A stretch of 64,000 nt of DNA from Tubulanus polymorphus (lineage: Eukaryota; Animalia; Nemertea), in assembly GCF_964204645.1 (NCBI RefSeq), contig NC_134028.1:8866001-8930000 (forward strand), given 5' to 3'. Of this stretch, positions 63,290 through 64,000 are shown piece by piece; positions within the stretch are counted from its first letter, which is position 1, and the number at the start of each line of letters is the position of its first letter. A program made the translations under genes and the position numbers. The notes below the pieces were generated by a model. The model worked only from the letters and a program-made list of their open reading frames with translations. It was not told the DNA's origin and searched no databases.

Positions 63290-64000
63290 TCATGCAGTAT
63301 GTTATGAGCTATGAGCGTGATCAACAAGATGATGATGAAGAATCAGCTCCAGTATCTCATGGAAATCAGGACAGTCGAGTGATGCTGATTCAACTGCATC
63401 GGATTCTGATGACGAAGTCCCACTTAATAACCTTTGATATGAATTCACAGACAACAGATTTGTGCCTCCAGCAGATATCGAATTTCGGGGAAATCAGCAG
63501 CCCCATGTGGCAAATCCTGGTAAAACACCATACATGTACTTCAAACATATTGTTACAAATGATATCATTGCATTGTTAGTCAATGAATCAAACCGATACT
63601 CTCTGGAAAAATATGGTAGATCAATCGAATAATCCAACGATGAACTTGAAAGTTTCATGGGTGTATTTTTCATCATGGGGCTAGTCCACATGCTTAGTAT
63701 GGTATCCTATTGGGAATGTGGCACACGGTATCTTGCAGTAGCTGACAATATGAGTCGTCAGCACTTTCAGAAAATTGCACGATACTTGCAAATCGTTGCC
63801 GAAAATACTGTGTCTAATGAAGAAAAGTAAAACGATCGTATCTGGAAAATGCGGCCATGGTTAGCTCATCTTTGGGACAGACTCGCTCTCGCTGAAGCTG
63901 AGGAATATCACAGCGTAGACGAAATCATGGTCGCCTTCAAGGGCCGGTCTCTACTTCGACAATATCTTCCCAAAAAACCAAAAAAGTTTGTGTTTCAGGC
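63290..64000 (+). pseudogene. piggyBac element C: decayed transposase (PGBD3-like), runs off the window
   Basis: LVNESNRYS..ELESFMGVFFIMGLV..YW..VADNMSR..DRIWKMRP..SVDEIMVAFKGRSLLRQYLPKKPKK, with in-frame stops. Confidence 0.88.

Overview
Eukaryotic, AT-rich, intron-rich animal DNA, probably a marine invertebrate or lophotrochozoan (inference only). No prokaryotic operons, rRNA or CRISPR. Host genes reconstructed by hand from GT-AG junctions: (1) a CHST11/HNK-1ST-like carbohydrate sulfotransferase (+, ~4430-5386) with an apparent in-frame stop; (2) a 14-exon, ~890-aa divergent ionotropic glutamate-receptor/IR-family channel (-, 7844-15508); (3) two tandem paralogous 3-exon genes, largely invisible to the ORF track, each encoding a 58-aa secreted prepropeptide that would release a 17-aa three-cysteine peptide (-, 21372-23732 and 27883-30523), which is the most novel-looking system here; (4) a 19-coding-exon, ~978-aa CCDC33 orthologue (-, 34964-57580) with an RFX X-box and candidate alternative first and last exons. 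The rest is dense with transposons: three elements sharing a TATGG..CCATA TIR and 6-bp TSD (IS3EU-like, one with foldback architecture), MULE, Harbinger, Tc1/pogo and piggyBac elements (including a three-element piggyBac pile-up with an intron-containing transposase), CR1/L2-type LINE 3' ends, and a very AT-rich virus/Polinton-like island inside an intron. All coordinates and translations were read manually and none was checked against a database.
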